A stretch of DNA of 64,000 nt from an uncultured Nitrososphaerota archaeon (GTDB taxonomy: Archaea; Thermoproteota; Nitrososphaeria; Nitrososphaerales; Nitrosopumilaceae). A model generated the notes under the pieces. That model was not told where the DNA came from. It did no database searches and worked only from the letters and a program-made list of their open reading frames with translations. The position numbers and the translations under genes are program-made. The DNA lies in contig CAWGPD010000002.1 in NCBI GenBank assembly GCA_963824385.1, positions 224,001 through 288,000 of the forward strand, in the 5' to 3' direction. Below are positions 19,749 through 34,700 of the stretch, in pieces (the stretch's first letter is position 1; every line of letters begins with the position of its first letter).

Positions 19749-22700
19749 ATGAAAATTGGTATTTTAATTTCTTGTTTGTTATTGATATCTGTTTTTAGCT
19801 ATGCATATGCTGATTCAATTATAATAGATGCTGATGTCAAACAAGCTGATACAAGACAAAACTTAACTCCATCATTACAAAATTCTTTGCCAACCAATAC
19901 AAAAAAATATTTTTCAATAAATCTAAATGAAAATATTGGAATTTCTGCAAATGATCAAAAACCATCTTCTCCAAATTCTAAATCTATGATGGTTGGATCC
20001 ATAAAAAGAATTTCTCTTTCTGAATATATTTCAATAACTACAGCTGGACTAGATCATAATTCGATTGCAATTTTTAAAAATAATAATATGGATAAAATTA
20101 CAACACTTGAACAACTTTCTTATCCTGAAAGAATAAGACTTAATGGAAAAAATGTTTTAGTTGATAATTATAATGTAAATCTTTTACTTGATCAATTTCC
20201 AATTGTCAAGGTTACAAATAATCTTCTAACTAATCTTTACTATGAAAAAATTACTTATTGCTGTATCGAGGAAAAAATTCAAATTGTAAATGATATTGCA
20301 TTTGTTGATAATTTCTTACTTGAAAATAACATTCCACAATTTTACCAATTAGATAATATTGCAAGTACTGACTTTGCTGACGTTGTACATGATTTGTCTG
20401 CCAGTACTAATCCTACAATTCTTCTCTTGTTGGTACTCCTTTCGAGTTATTTGTTATACTCTTACGAGGACGTAAAAATAAAGTATAACAAAAATAGAAT
20501 TTTTTCATTTTGTTTTATTTTGATTCTTGCTTTATCTTCAATCTTTACTCCGTTTTCGATATCTCAAAGTTATTGGGGTTATGCATATGGTGAGGTTGAA
20601 AGCAATTCGTCTAGTGCAATATACTCTACTACCCCACAAAATTCATTATCTCTTACGAACCCGGCTAGTAATTCAACCATATATCATACTACACAAGTAT
20701 CGCAGAATGATACATCTCAGACAGGTAATCTCACATACTATCATTGGAACTTGTTCCATTCTAAGAACCAGACAAGCTTACCATACCATATATCACTAAA
20801 TGCTACACCCAATGCAGGCAATTCTACATCCCCTCATTGGAACTCGTCGCATTCTAGGAGCCAGACAAGCTTACCATATCATACATCGCAGAATGTTCCA
20901 TCTCAAACAAGCAGCCCCACACCCTTACAACTCCCTAATGGAGTAAATACCCAGCCAACACCTGCACTCAATGGTGTTGGTATGAGTGATGTACTCACAA
21001 TAAAAGTCACTAGGGCAAATCCAACTGGTACCTCTATTTCCAGTCTACCTATCAATACAAATAACCCACAAAATGCTACTTCCTCTTTCTCAAACCTACC
21101 CATGTCTGATTCAGTCTTGGCAATGCTTCGTACACTATCTGGCTCTGTAACTAGCGTCTATGTCTCAAACCAAGTATCATTGGCTGATTCAGTCTCATTT
21201 GTAACTACCAACTCAAATGGCTCCAAAATAGTGCCAGTTTTCTTAAACCAGGTAACCATATCTGACTCTGTTATAGTTACCAAGCCAGGAGTAACCGTAC
21301 CAAATTCTACTCAATCTTGGCAATTCAACTCCATTAACAGTACTAACCACGTAGGCAACGTAGCCATCATAAACGGCACCAATGGAAATTTGCTACAACT
21401 CCAAGGAAATGGCTATCTTACTGATAAATCAAATCAGACAAAAACACTCGAAAACTTTACAATATCAGCCTGGGTCAAGCCAGATTATAGCCAAGGATCT
21501 CCTGTTTTTACTGTTGTAAGCAAGTACAACGAGTTTGCCCTTACTATTAACAACAACATAAACCCAAGAGGAGTTGCCTCATTTGGTGTCTATGACGGTA
21601 TTAAGTGGACAACGGTAAACTCTACGGTCCAATTAAACCAGACCTGGAATCACCTTGTTAGTACCTATAATGGCTCTGCAATTAGCATCTATGTCAACGG
21701 TACACTACAATCAACAACACCAATCAAAAGTACTCTAGTCTTGGCTGCTGACGGTGATCTTGTTCCCAAGACTCCAGACCAAATATCCTCAAACAATGAT
21801 GTAGTCATTGGGGCATTACTAGACACGGCACGAGGCTTTGGCCAGCCTATGAACAGCTTCTCTGGTCTTATCCAAAAGGTATCATTCTATGAGCCATACC
21901 TAAATCAGCAGCAAGTAGCTCAATTATATATCCAGGAACTGCCTACTTTTGTACCTCCGTCTTCTGCTTCCTATATCACTCCAGTATCTGATGGAATTGA
22001 TATTTTAGATGCAATTGCTACTTGGCTTGACTCTTCAAATCTTAACACTACATCTCTTGCTGCTGTACCTTCAGTTAACAACACACAACAGACTTATCTT
22101 ATTACACAAAATCCAGAATTTATCTACCAGTATCTATCTGATGCCCAACTTTTGACAATTACACCTGCAATAAAACCATCTCACAAGCAGCCACAAACAG
22201 GAGGCTGGGCTGATTCAGAGAAGTCAATTACTATTGATATAACAGGTCCGGATGGAAAGAAGAAGACATTCTCACCAACTATTTCAGAGATAAGACAAGG
22301 AAAATACGACATTAAAGTTCCATCATTAAGAGACGTAAGGGCTGGTATTTACAGTGTAAAAATAACCATGGTAAGAAATGGCCAGAAATTTGTAACTAAT
22401 GACCAATACCAGTGGGGTCTAGTCTCAGTTAACACAGACATGAGTACATACAAACCAGGAGACGTTGCAAAACTAATCCTTGTTGTACTAAACAGCACTG
22501 GAAATTCTGTTTGCAATTCTAATATCTTGATGACAATCACCGATCCTCAATCCAAAAAGACTACACTTGCAACTGGACTTGGAATTACACCAAGCAATGA
22601 GTGTGGTCTGTATGACGCAAATTACACAACCACCACACAAGGTAATTATTCCGTAAACGTCTCTGCACAGACTCAGACAGGATATGCGTTCTTTTCAACC

Positions 22701-25700
22701 TCATTTTTAGCACAAAATTATACACAATATCAAATAACAAGACAGGCAGATTCAAAGATAGACCCAGTTGACTATCCAAATAACTTCAAGGTAACACTTG
22801 ATGTGCAATCCTTTGTTGGCAATGCACCCGTTGTTATCAGAGAGTATGTACCTGCAAACTTTACCGTAACTACAGATGGACAGGTAAACCAAACTGGAGA
22901 CACCAAAGTTATCACCTGGCTGAAAAACTTGGGTCCTGGAAACAGCACCAATGTATCGTACAATTATTCCGTACCCAAGATTTATCCAAAACTGTATGCG
23001 CTAGGCAAGGCACAGATAGGCCAGAGCAACATGACATATGTCGAGGCAAGAAACTGGTTTGTCGCAGTTGATCCTCTAACCACTCAAGTAGATACTACGA
23101 CTGCAGCCAACACCAATGCACTAGCCGAAGAAAAATCAACCAAGCAGAATGTCTGTATATCGGCCACCGTGTGTTATTCTGCCTACATTACCTCATCTAG
23201 TAATGCTGTAATGGCAAAATCAACCGATGGTGGTAATACTTGGGGTGCACCAGTAGCACTCAGCTCAGGTCTTACGGTTGTTGGACTGGGAATATGGTAT
23301 GACAGATGGACACCAGGAGACAAGACAGGCAATAACATCCATGTCTTATTCTTGGACAGTGGCAACGACAGGACAAACTATGTACGATACAGCACAAATA
23401 ATGATTCTGCTTCAACCTCAGTTCAGACAGTTACCTTCGCAATGGGTTCACAAACTGATAACAATGATCTTGGAATAACTAAAGGTGCTGACGGAACACT
23501 CTATGCCGTAACAGATGATACTACTGGATTGACTGGTGGTCACTCGTTTATGCACTATTGTAAATCAGACTGTACTGTTGCTTCAAACTGGAAGGAGACT
23601 CCACAATTATTTGCTTCCGGAAATAAGGTTGGTACCTTGGGAGAAAATGATAACCTCCTACTTCCTCTAAACGATACAGATTCTTCTGTAATGATAGTTG
23701 CCCAAAATGTTACAACATCAACCTTCAAGGGAGCTATATACTATAACATCTTTGATCCAGTCACAAACACAACAAAATACTCTGACTTTCAAGTAATTAC
23801 TGGAGGAACTACACACGGATGGAAGACCAACGCCAATTACAGGCATACATTATCTGGAGCAGTAGACCCACTGTACCACACAATCTACATTAGTTATGTG
23901 AACAATACCGATGTAGCAGGTGTCAGTACAGCAATTGGAGTATGGAAGTATGTTCCATCATCATCTCCATCTTGGACTCAGCTTACAAAAATACCTGCTA
24001 CCAACTCTTCATCGTTTATACTTGATTCATCAATTGGAATTGCCAACTCGACAGGGTTGTATGTGGCATATTCTGAAGCAAAGACTGTAGGCACTGATAA
24101 TATCTATTATGCAGTATCTGTAGATGGAGGCAACACCTGGACCCAAGACCAGCAGATAAATGATATTGCAGCAGGTGACTTTAGGAGTGTCTCTATTGAA
24201 GCATCATCTGATACATCTTTACATGTTTTGTGGCAATCTAGGACTACTGGTCCTACAACTATTCACCTGTATACGGATACTGTAACACAGGTTGCATTCC
24301 AGAGGGAATCTATGGCAATTGTTGACCAGCCAGTAGTTATTGTCAGAAGAAGATCATCAAGCCAATCTGATTCAATGCCGTTATCAGATGCGCTAACAAT
24401 AGGTGGAAAACGTTCAGCCATGGTATCTAATGCAATTCCATTATCAGATGTACTGAGTACAGCTGGTGTACATCACCTTACACTAAACGAGGCTTCATCG
24501 ATATCTGATACAAGTTCCCGTCAAAGATTCAAGATAGCCACTGAAATAGATTCAATCCCATTGTCTGATCAACTAACCATACAAAAGAAATTATCAAGAT
24601 CACTCTCTGACGCAATTCCACTATCTGATTCATTAACCATAGCCAGAAAAACTTCTAAATCATTATCAGATTCAATCCCATTATCTGACCAGCTAACATA
24701 CAAGAGAGTCAGCTTCACTCTCCCTATCTGACGCTATCCCATTATCAGATCAACTAACTATACAGAAGAAATTATCACGAACATACTCTGACGCAATCCC
24801 ACTAGCAGACCAATTAACATACAAGAAATCAACCTCTACTTCACTAGCAGATTCAATCCCATTATCTGACCAGCTAACATACAAGAGAGTAGCTTCACTC
24901 TCCCTATCTGACGCTATCCCATTATCAGATCAACTAACTATACAGAAGAAATTATCACGAACATACTCTGACGCAATCCCACTAGCAGACCAATTAACAT
25001 ACAAGAAATCAACCTCTACTTCACTAGCAGATTCAATCCCATTATCTGACCAGCTAACATACAAGAGAGTCAGCTTCACTCTCCCTATCTGACGCTATCC
25101 CATTATCAGATCAACTAACTATACAGAAGAAATTATCACGAACATACTCTGACGCAATCCCACTAGCAGACCAATTAACATACAAGAAATCAACCTCTAC
25201 TTCACTAGCAGATTCAATCCCATTATCTGACCAGCTAACATACAAGAGAATCAGCTTCACTCTCCCTATCTGACGCTATCCCATTATCAGATCAACTAAC
25301 TATACAAAAGAAATTATCACGAACATACTCTGACGCAATCCCACTAGCAGACCAATTAACATACAAGAAATCAACCTCTACTTCACTAGCAGATTCAATC
25401 CCATTATCTGACCAGCTAACATACAAGAGAGTCACTTCACTCTCCCTATCTGACGCTATCCCATTATCAGATCAACTAACTATACAAAAGAAATTATCAC
25501 GAACATACTCTGACGCAATCCCACTAGCAGACCAATTAACATACAAGAAATCAACCTCTACTTCACTAGCAGATTCAATCCCATTATCTGACCAGCTAAC
25601 ATACAAGAGAGTAGCTTCACTCTCCCTATCTGACGCTATCCCATTATCAGATCAACTAACTATACAAAAGAAATTATCACGAACATACTCTGACGCAATC

Positions 25701-28700
25701 CCACTAGCAGACCAATTAACATACAAGAAATCAACCTCTACTTCACTAGCAGATTCAATCCCATTATCTGACCAGCTAACATACAAGAGAGTCAGCTTCA
25801 CTCTCCCTATCTGACGCTATCCCATTATCAGATCAACTAACTATACAAAAGAAATTATCACGAACATACTCTGACGCAATCCCACTAGCAGACCAATTAA
25901 CATACAAGAAATCAACCTCTACTTCACTAGCAGATTCAATCCCATTATCTGACCAGCTAACATACAAGAGAGTAGCTTCACTCTCCCTATCTGACGCTAT
26001 CCCATTATCAGATCAACTAACTATACAAAAGAAATTATCACGAACATACTCTGACGCAATCCCACTAGCAGACCAATTAACATACAAGAAATCAACCTCT
26101 ACTTCACTAGCAGATTCAATCCCATTATCTGACCAGCTAACATACAAGAGAGTAGCTTCACTCTCCCTATCTGACGCTATCCCATTATCAGATCAACTAA
26201 CTATACAAAAGAAATTATCACGAACATACTCTGACGCAATCCCACTAGCAGACCAATTAACATACAAGAAATCAACCTCTACTTCACTAGCAGATTCAAT
26301 CCCATTATCTGACCAGCTAACATACAAGAGAACAACCACTGCCAATCTATCAGATGCAATCCCATTATCTGATCAACTAACTATACAGAAGAAATTATCA
26401 AGATCATACTCTGACGCAATCCCACTAGCAGACCAATTAACATACAAGAGAACAACCTCAACATCATTATCAGATTCAATCCCATTATCTGACCAGCTAA
26501 CATACAAGAGAACAACCACTGCCAATCTATCAGATGCAATCCCATTATCTGATCAACTAACTATACAAAAGAAATTATCAAGATCATACTCTGACGCAAT
26601 CCCACTAGCAGACCAATTAACATACAAGAAATCAACCTCAACATCATTATCAGATACAATCCCATTATCTGACCAGCTAACATACAAGAGAACAACCACT
26701 GCCAATCTATCAGATACAATCCCATTATCTGATCAACTAACTATACAAAAGAAATTATCACGAACATACTCTGACGCAATCCCACTAGCAGACCAATTAA
26801 CATACAAGAAATCAACCTCTACTTCACTAGCAGATTCAATCCCATTATCTGACCAGCTAACATACAAGAGAGTAGCTCACTCTCCCTATCTGACGCTATC
26901 CCATTATCAGATCAACTAACTATACAAAAGAAATTATCACGAACATACTCTGACGCAATCCCACTAGCAGACCAATTAACATACAAGAAATCAACCTCTA
27001 CTTCACTAGCAGATTCAATCCCATTATCTGACCAACTAACATACAAGAGAACAACCACTGCCAATCTATCAGATGCAATCCCATTATCTGATCAACTAAC
27101 TATACAAAAGAAATTATCAAAATCATACTCTGACGCAATCCCACTAGCAGACCAATTAACATACAAGAGAACAACCTCAACATCATTATCAGATTCAATC
27201 CCATTATCTGACCAACTAACATACAAGAGAACAACCACTGCCAATCTATCAGATGCAATCCCATTATCTGATCAACTAACTATACAAAAGAAATTATCAA
27301 GATCATACTCTGACGCAATCCCACTAGCAGACCAATTAACATACAAGAAATCAACCTCAACATCATTATCAGATACAATCCCATTATCTGACCAGCTAAC
27401 ATACAAGAGAACAACCACTGCCAATCTATCAGATACAATCCCATTATCTGATCAACTAACTATAATCAAGTCACTATCAAGAACACTATCAGATTCACTT
27501 CCATTATCTGACCAACTAACAACAATGAAATCAACCTCAACATCATTATCAGATACAATCCCATTATCTGACTCACTAACTGCAAAGAGAATTGCCTATG
27601 CAAATCTCTCTGATTCTATTCCACTATCAGATTCATTAACAGCTATCAAATTAAATAAATCTCCATCTCTCGCCGACGCAATCCCATTATCTGACTCACT
27701 AACTGCAAAGAGGATTGCCTATGCCAATCTATCAGATACAATCCCATTATCAGACCAACTAACATACAAGAAATCAGCTACTCTATCCCTATCTGATACA
27801 ATCCCACTATCCGACCAATTAACATTCATCAAGTCAGTCTCAAAATCCCTCTCAGATACAATTCCATTATCTGACCAACTAACAACAATGAAATCAACCT
27901 CAACATCATTATCAGATACAATCCCATTATCTGACCAGCTAACATACAAGAGAACAACCTCAACATCATTATCAGATACAATCCCACTATCCGACCAATT
28001 AACATTCATCAAGTCAGTCTCAAAATCCCTCTCAGATACAATCCCATTATCTGACCAACTAACAACAATGAAATCAACCTCAAAATCCCTCTCAGATACA
28101 ATCCAATTATCAGACCAACTAACATACAAGAAATCAACATCCACATCACTTGCTGATACTATTCCATTATCTGATCAACTAACATTCATCAAGTCAGTCT
28201 CAAAATCCCTCTCAGATACAATCCCATTATCTGACCAACTAACAACAATGAAATCAACCTCAACATCATTATCAGATACAATCCAATTATCAGACCAACT
28301 AACATACAAGAAATCAGCTACTCTATCCCTATCTGATACAATCCCACTATCCGACCAATTAACATTCATCAAGTCAGTCTCAAAATCCCTCTCAGATACA
28401 ATCCCATTATCTGACCAACTAACAACAATGAAATCAACTTCAACATCATTATCAGATACAATCCAATTATCAGACCAACTAACATACAAGAAATCAGCTA
28501 TCTCTATCCCTATCTGATACAATCCCACTATCCGACCAATTAACATTCATCAAGTCAGTCTCAAAATCCCTCTCAGATACAATTCCATTATCTGACCAAC
28601 TAACAACAATGAAATCAACCTCAAAATCCCTCTCAGATACAATCCCATTATCTGACCAACTAACATACAAGAAATCAACCTCAACATCATTATCAGATAC

Positions 28701-31700
28701 AATCCCACTATCCGACCAATTAACATTCATCAAGTCAGTCTCAAAATCCCTCTCAGATACAATTCCATTATCTGACCAACTAACAACAATGAAATCAACC
28801 TCAAAATCCCTCTCAGATACAATCCCATTATCTGACCAACTAACATACAAGAAATCAACCTCAACATCATTATCAGATACAATCCCACTATCCGACCAAT
28901 TAACATTCATCAAGTCAGTCTCAAAATCCCTCTCAGATACAATCCCATTATCTGACCAACTAACAACAATGAAATCAACCTCAACATCATTATCAGATAC
29001 AATCCAATTATCAGACCAACTAACATACAAGAAATCAACATCCACATCACTTGCTGATACTATTCCATTATCTGATCAACTAACATTCATCAAGTCAGTC
29101 TCAAAATCCCTCTCAGATACAATCCCATTATCTGACCAACTAACAACAATGAAATCAACTTCAACATCATTATCAGATACAATCCAATTATCAGACCAAC
29201 TAACATACAAGAAATCAACATCCACATCACTTGCTGATACTATTCCATTATCTGATCAACTAACATTCATCAAGTCAGTCTCAAAATCCCTCTCAGATAC
29301 AATCCCATTATCTGACCAACTAACAACAATGAAATCAACCTCAACATCATTATCAGATACAATCCCATTATCAGACCAACTAACATACAAGAAATCAGCT
29401 ACTCTATCCCTATCAGATACAATCCCACTATCCGACCAATTAACATTCATCAAGTCAGTCTCAAAATCCCTCTCAGATACAATTCCATTATCTGACCAAC
29501 TAACAACAATGAAATCAACCTCAACATCATTATCAGATACAATCCCATTATCTGACCAACTAACATACAAGAAATCAACCTCAACATCATTATCAGATAC
29601 AATCCCACTATCCGACCAATTAACATTCATCAAGTCAGTCTCAAAATCCCTCTCAGATACAATTCCATTATCTGACCAACTAACAACAATGAAATCAACC
29701 TCAAAATCCCTCTCAGATACAATCCCATTATCTGACCAACTAACATACAAGAAATCAACCTCAACATCATTATCAGATACAATCCCACTATCCGACCAAT
29801 TAACATTCATCAAGTCAGTCTCAAAATCCCTCTCAGATACAATCCCATTATCTGACCAACTAACAACAATGAAATCAACCTCAACATCATTATCAGATAC
29901 AATCCAATTATCTGACCAACTAACAACAATGAAATCAACCTCAACATCATTATCAGATACAATCCCACTATCCGACCAACTAACAATCATCAAATTCACA
30001 TCACCGTATCTATCAGATTCCATTCCATTATCCGACCAACTAACAATCATCAAATTCACTACTGCCAATCTCTCCGACTCTATCTCATTATCCGACCAAC
30101 TCACTGCGAAGAAGTCAACCTCAACATCACTTGCAGACTCAATCCCACTAACAGACCAACTAACATACAAGAAATCAACCTCAACATCATTATCAGATAC
30201 AATCCCACTATCCGACCAACTAACAATCATCAAATTCACATCACCGTATCTATCAGATTCCATTCCATTATCTGACCAGCTAACAATCATTAAATTCACT
30301 ACTGCCAATCTCTCCGACTCTATCCCATTATCAGACCAACTAACAACAATGAAATCAACCTCAACATCATTATCAGATACAATCCCACTATCCGACCAAC
30401 TAACAATCATCAAATTCACATCACCGTATCTATCAGATTCCATTCCACTATCCGACCAACTAACAATCATCAAATTCACTACTGCCAATCTCTCCGACTC
30501 TATCTCATTATCAGACCAACTAACAACAATGAAATCAACCTCAACATCACTTGCAGACTCAATCCCACTAGCTGATCGACTAAGTGTACAGAGAACAGTC
30601 TACGCTAATCTCTCCGACGCAATCCCATTATCCGACCAACTAACAACTATCAAATCAGGTTCTACCTCTCTATCTGACTCCATCTCATTATCTGATCAAC
30701 TAACAATCATCAAACTCACTTCTGCTTCACTCTCCGACGTTATCCCATTATCTGACCAGCTAACAACAATGAAATCAACCTCAACATCATTATCTGATAC
30801 AATCCCATTATCAGATCAACTAACATACAAGAAATCAGCTACTCTATCCCTATCTGACTCCATCCCACTATCCGACCAACTAACAATCATAAAATTCACT
30901 TCTACCTCTCTATCTGATTCACTTCCATTATCAGACCAACTCACTGCAAAGAAGTCAACTTCTACCTCTCTCTCCGATTCAATCCCACTAGCAGATCAGC
31001 TAACTATACAAAGAATAGCCTACGCTAATCTCTCCGATTCACTCCAACTATCCGACAAACTAACCACAATAAAATCAGCCTCTGCTTCTCTCTCCGATAC
31101 AATCCCATTATCCGACCAATTAACCACTATCAAATCTCTTTCCACTTCACTCTCCGACTCTATTCCGTTATCTGATCAATTAACTGCAAAGAGAATAGCC
31201 TACGTCTCTCTATCAGATACAATCCCACTAGCAGACCAACTAACTGTACAAAAGTCATCTGTTGTCAATCTCTCCGACTCTATCACACTATCCGACTCTC
31301 TAACACTTCCCAACAAATTAATCTCAAAATATTTCTCTGACACAATTCCATTATCTGACCAACTAACAACAATGAAATCAGCTACTGCCAATCTCTCCGA
31401 CACAATCTCATTATCTGATTCACTAACTGCAAAGAGAATAGCATACGTCTCTCTCTCCGATTCACTCCCATTATCTGATCAACTAACAATCATCAAATCA
31501 CTCTCCAAGTCCCTCTCCGATTCAATCCAACTATCCGACCAACTAACAGCCTTCAGAACAACAGCTGCCGTCTCTCTATCTGATTCTATCCCACTAGCAG
31601 ACCAACTATATGTAAAGAGAATAGCCTACGCTAATCTCTCCGATTCACTCCCACTATCAGATCAACTAACAACACAGAGAACAGCCTCTGCTTCCCTATC

Positions 31701-34700
31701 TGACGCAATCCCATTATCCGACCAACTAACAACAATTAGAACAACAGCTGCCGTCTCCCTCTCCGACATAATTCCACTATCTGATAAATTAACAACAATG
31801 AAGTCAACTTCTACCTCTCTCCCCGACACAATTCCATTATCCGACCAGATAACCATACAAAGAACAGCCTCTGCTTCCCTATCTGATTCAATTCCATTAT
31901 CCGACCAGCTAACAACACAACTAACAACATCCACATCATTATCTGATTCAATTCCATTATCCGACCAGCTAACAACACAACTAACAACATCCACATCATT
32001 ATCTGATTCAATCCCATTATCCGACCAACTAACAACACAGAGAACAGCCTCTGCTTCCCTATCTGACGCAATCCCACTATCCGACCAGCTAACAATAACC
32101 AAATCTCTTAGCACTTCTCTCACTGATTCAATTCCATTATCCGACCAGCTAACCATACAACAATCTCTTAGCACTTCTCAATCTGATTCAATTCCATTAT
32201 CCGACCAGCTAACAACACAACTAACAACATCCACATCATTATCTGATTCAATCCCATTATCAGATCAACTAACAACACAGAGAACAGCCTCTGCTTCCCT
32301 ATCTGATTCAATTCCATTATCCGACCAGCTAACAACACAACTAACAACATCCACATCATTATCTGATTCAATTCCATTATCCGACCAACTAACAACACAA
32401 CTAACAACATCCACATCATTATCTGATTCAATCCCATTATCCGACCAACTAACAACACAGAGAACAGCCTCTGCTTCCCTATCTGACGCAATCCCACTAT
32501 CCGACCAGCTAACAATAACCAAATCTCTTAGCACTTCTCTCACTGATTCAATTCCATTATCCGACCAGCTAACCATACAACAATCTCTTAGCACTTCTCA
32601 ATCTGATTCAATTCCATTATCCGACCAGCTAACAACACAACTAACAACATCCACATCATTATCTGATTCAATCCCATTATCAGATCAACTAACAACACAG
32701 AGAACAGCCTCTGCTTCCCTATCTGATTCAATTCCATTATCCGACCAGCTAACAACACAACTAACAACATCCACATCATTATCTGATTCAATTCCATTAT
32801 CCGACCAGCTAACAACACAACTAACAACATCCACATCATTATCTGATTCAATCCCATTATCCGACCAACTAACAACACAGAGAACAGCCTCTGCTTCCCT
32901 ATCTGACGCAATCCCACTATCCGACCAGCTAACAATAACCAAATCTCTTAGCACTTCTCTCACTGATTCAATTCCATTATCCGACCAGCTAACCATACAA
33001 CAATCTCTTAGCACTTCTCAATCTGATTCAATTCCATTATCCGACCAGCTAACAACACAACTAACAACATCCACATCATTATCTGATTCAATCCCATTAT
33101 CAGATCAACTAACAACACAGAGAACAGCCTCTGCTTCCCTATCTGATTCAATTCCATTATCCGACCAGCTAACAACACAACTAACAACATCCACATCATT
33201 ATCTGATTCAATTCCATTATCCGACCAGCTAACAACACAACTAACAACATCCACATCATTATCTGATTCAATCCCATTATCCGACCAACTAACAACACAG
33301 AGAACAGCCTCTGCTTCCCTATCTGACGCAATCCCACTATCCGACCAACTAACAATAACCAAATCTCTTAGCACTTCTCTCACTGATTCAATTCCATTAT
33401 CCGACCAGCTAACCATACAACAATCTCTTAGCACTTCTCAATCTGATTCAATTCCATTATCCGACCAGCTAACAACACAACTAACAACATCCACATCATT
33501 ATCTGATTCAATCCCATTATCAGATCAACTAACAACACAGAGAACAGCCTCTGCTTCCCTATCTGATTCAATTCCATTATCCGACCAGCTAACAACACAA
33601 CTAACAACATCCACATCATTATCTGATTCAATTCCATTATCCGACCAGCTAACAACACAACTAACAACATCCACATCATTATCTGATTCAATCCCATTAT
33701 CCGACCAACTAACAACACAGAGAACAGCCTCTGCTTCCCTATCTGACGCAATCCCACTATCCGACCAGCTAACAATAACCAAATCTCTTAGCACTTCTCT
33801 CACTGATTCAATTCCATTATCCGACCAGCTAACCATACAACAATCTCTTAGCACTTCTCAATCTGATTCAATTCCATTATCCGACCAGCTAACAACACAA
33901 CTAACAACATCCACATCATTATCTGATTCAATCCCATTATCAGATCAACTAACAACACAGAGAACAGCCTCTGCTTCCCTATCTGATTCAATCCCATTAT
34001 CCGACCAGCTAACAACACAACTAACAACATCCACATCATTATCTGATTCAATTCCATTATCCGACCAGCTAACAACACAACTAACAACATCCACATCATT
34101 ATCTGATTCAATCCCATTATCCGACCAACTAACAACACAGAGAACAGCCTCTGCTTCCCTATCTGACGCAATCCCACTATCCGACCAGCTAACAATAACC
34201 AAATCTCTTAGCACTTCTCTCACTGATTCAATTCCATTATCCGACCAGCTAACCATACAACAATCTCTTAGCACTTCTCAATCTGATTCAATTCCATTAT
34301 CCGACCAGCTAACAACACAACTAACAACATCCACATCATTATCTGATTCAATCCCATTATCAGATCAACTAACAACACAGAGAACAGCCTCTGCTTCCCT
34401 ATCTGATTCAATTCCATTATCCGACCAGCTAACAACACAACTAACAACATCCACATCATTATCTGATTCAATTCCATTATCCGACCAGCTAACAACACAA
34501 CTAACAACATCCACATCATTATCTGATTCAATCCCATTATCCGACCAACTAACAACACAGAGAACAGCCTCTGCTTCCCTATCTGACGCAATCCCACTAT
34601 CCGACCAGCTAACAATAACCAAATCTCTTAGCACTTCTCTCACTGATTCAATTCCATTATCCGACCAGCTAACCATACAACAATCTCTTAGCACTTCTCA

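Noticed and set aside
24700..28510. Programmed frameshifting or phase variation of the giant gene
   Set aside because: The indels are not in slippery runs, and the same type of lesion hits essential genes such as priL across the window; assembly error is simpler.
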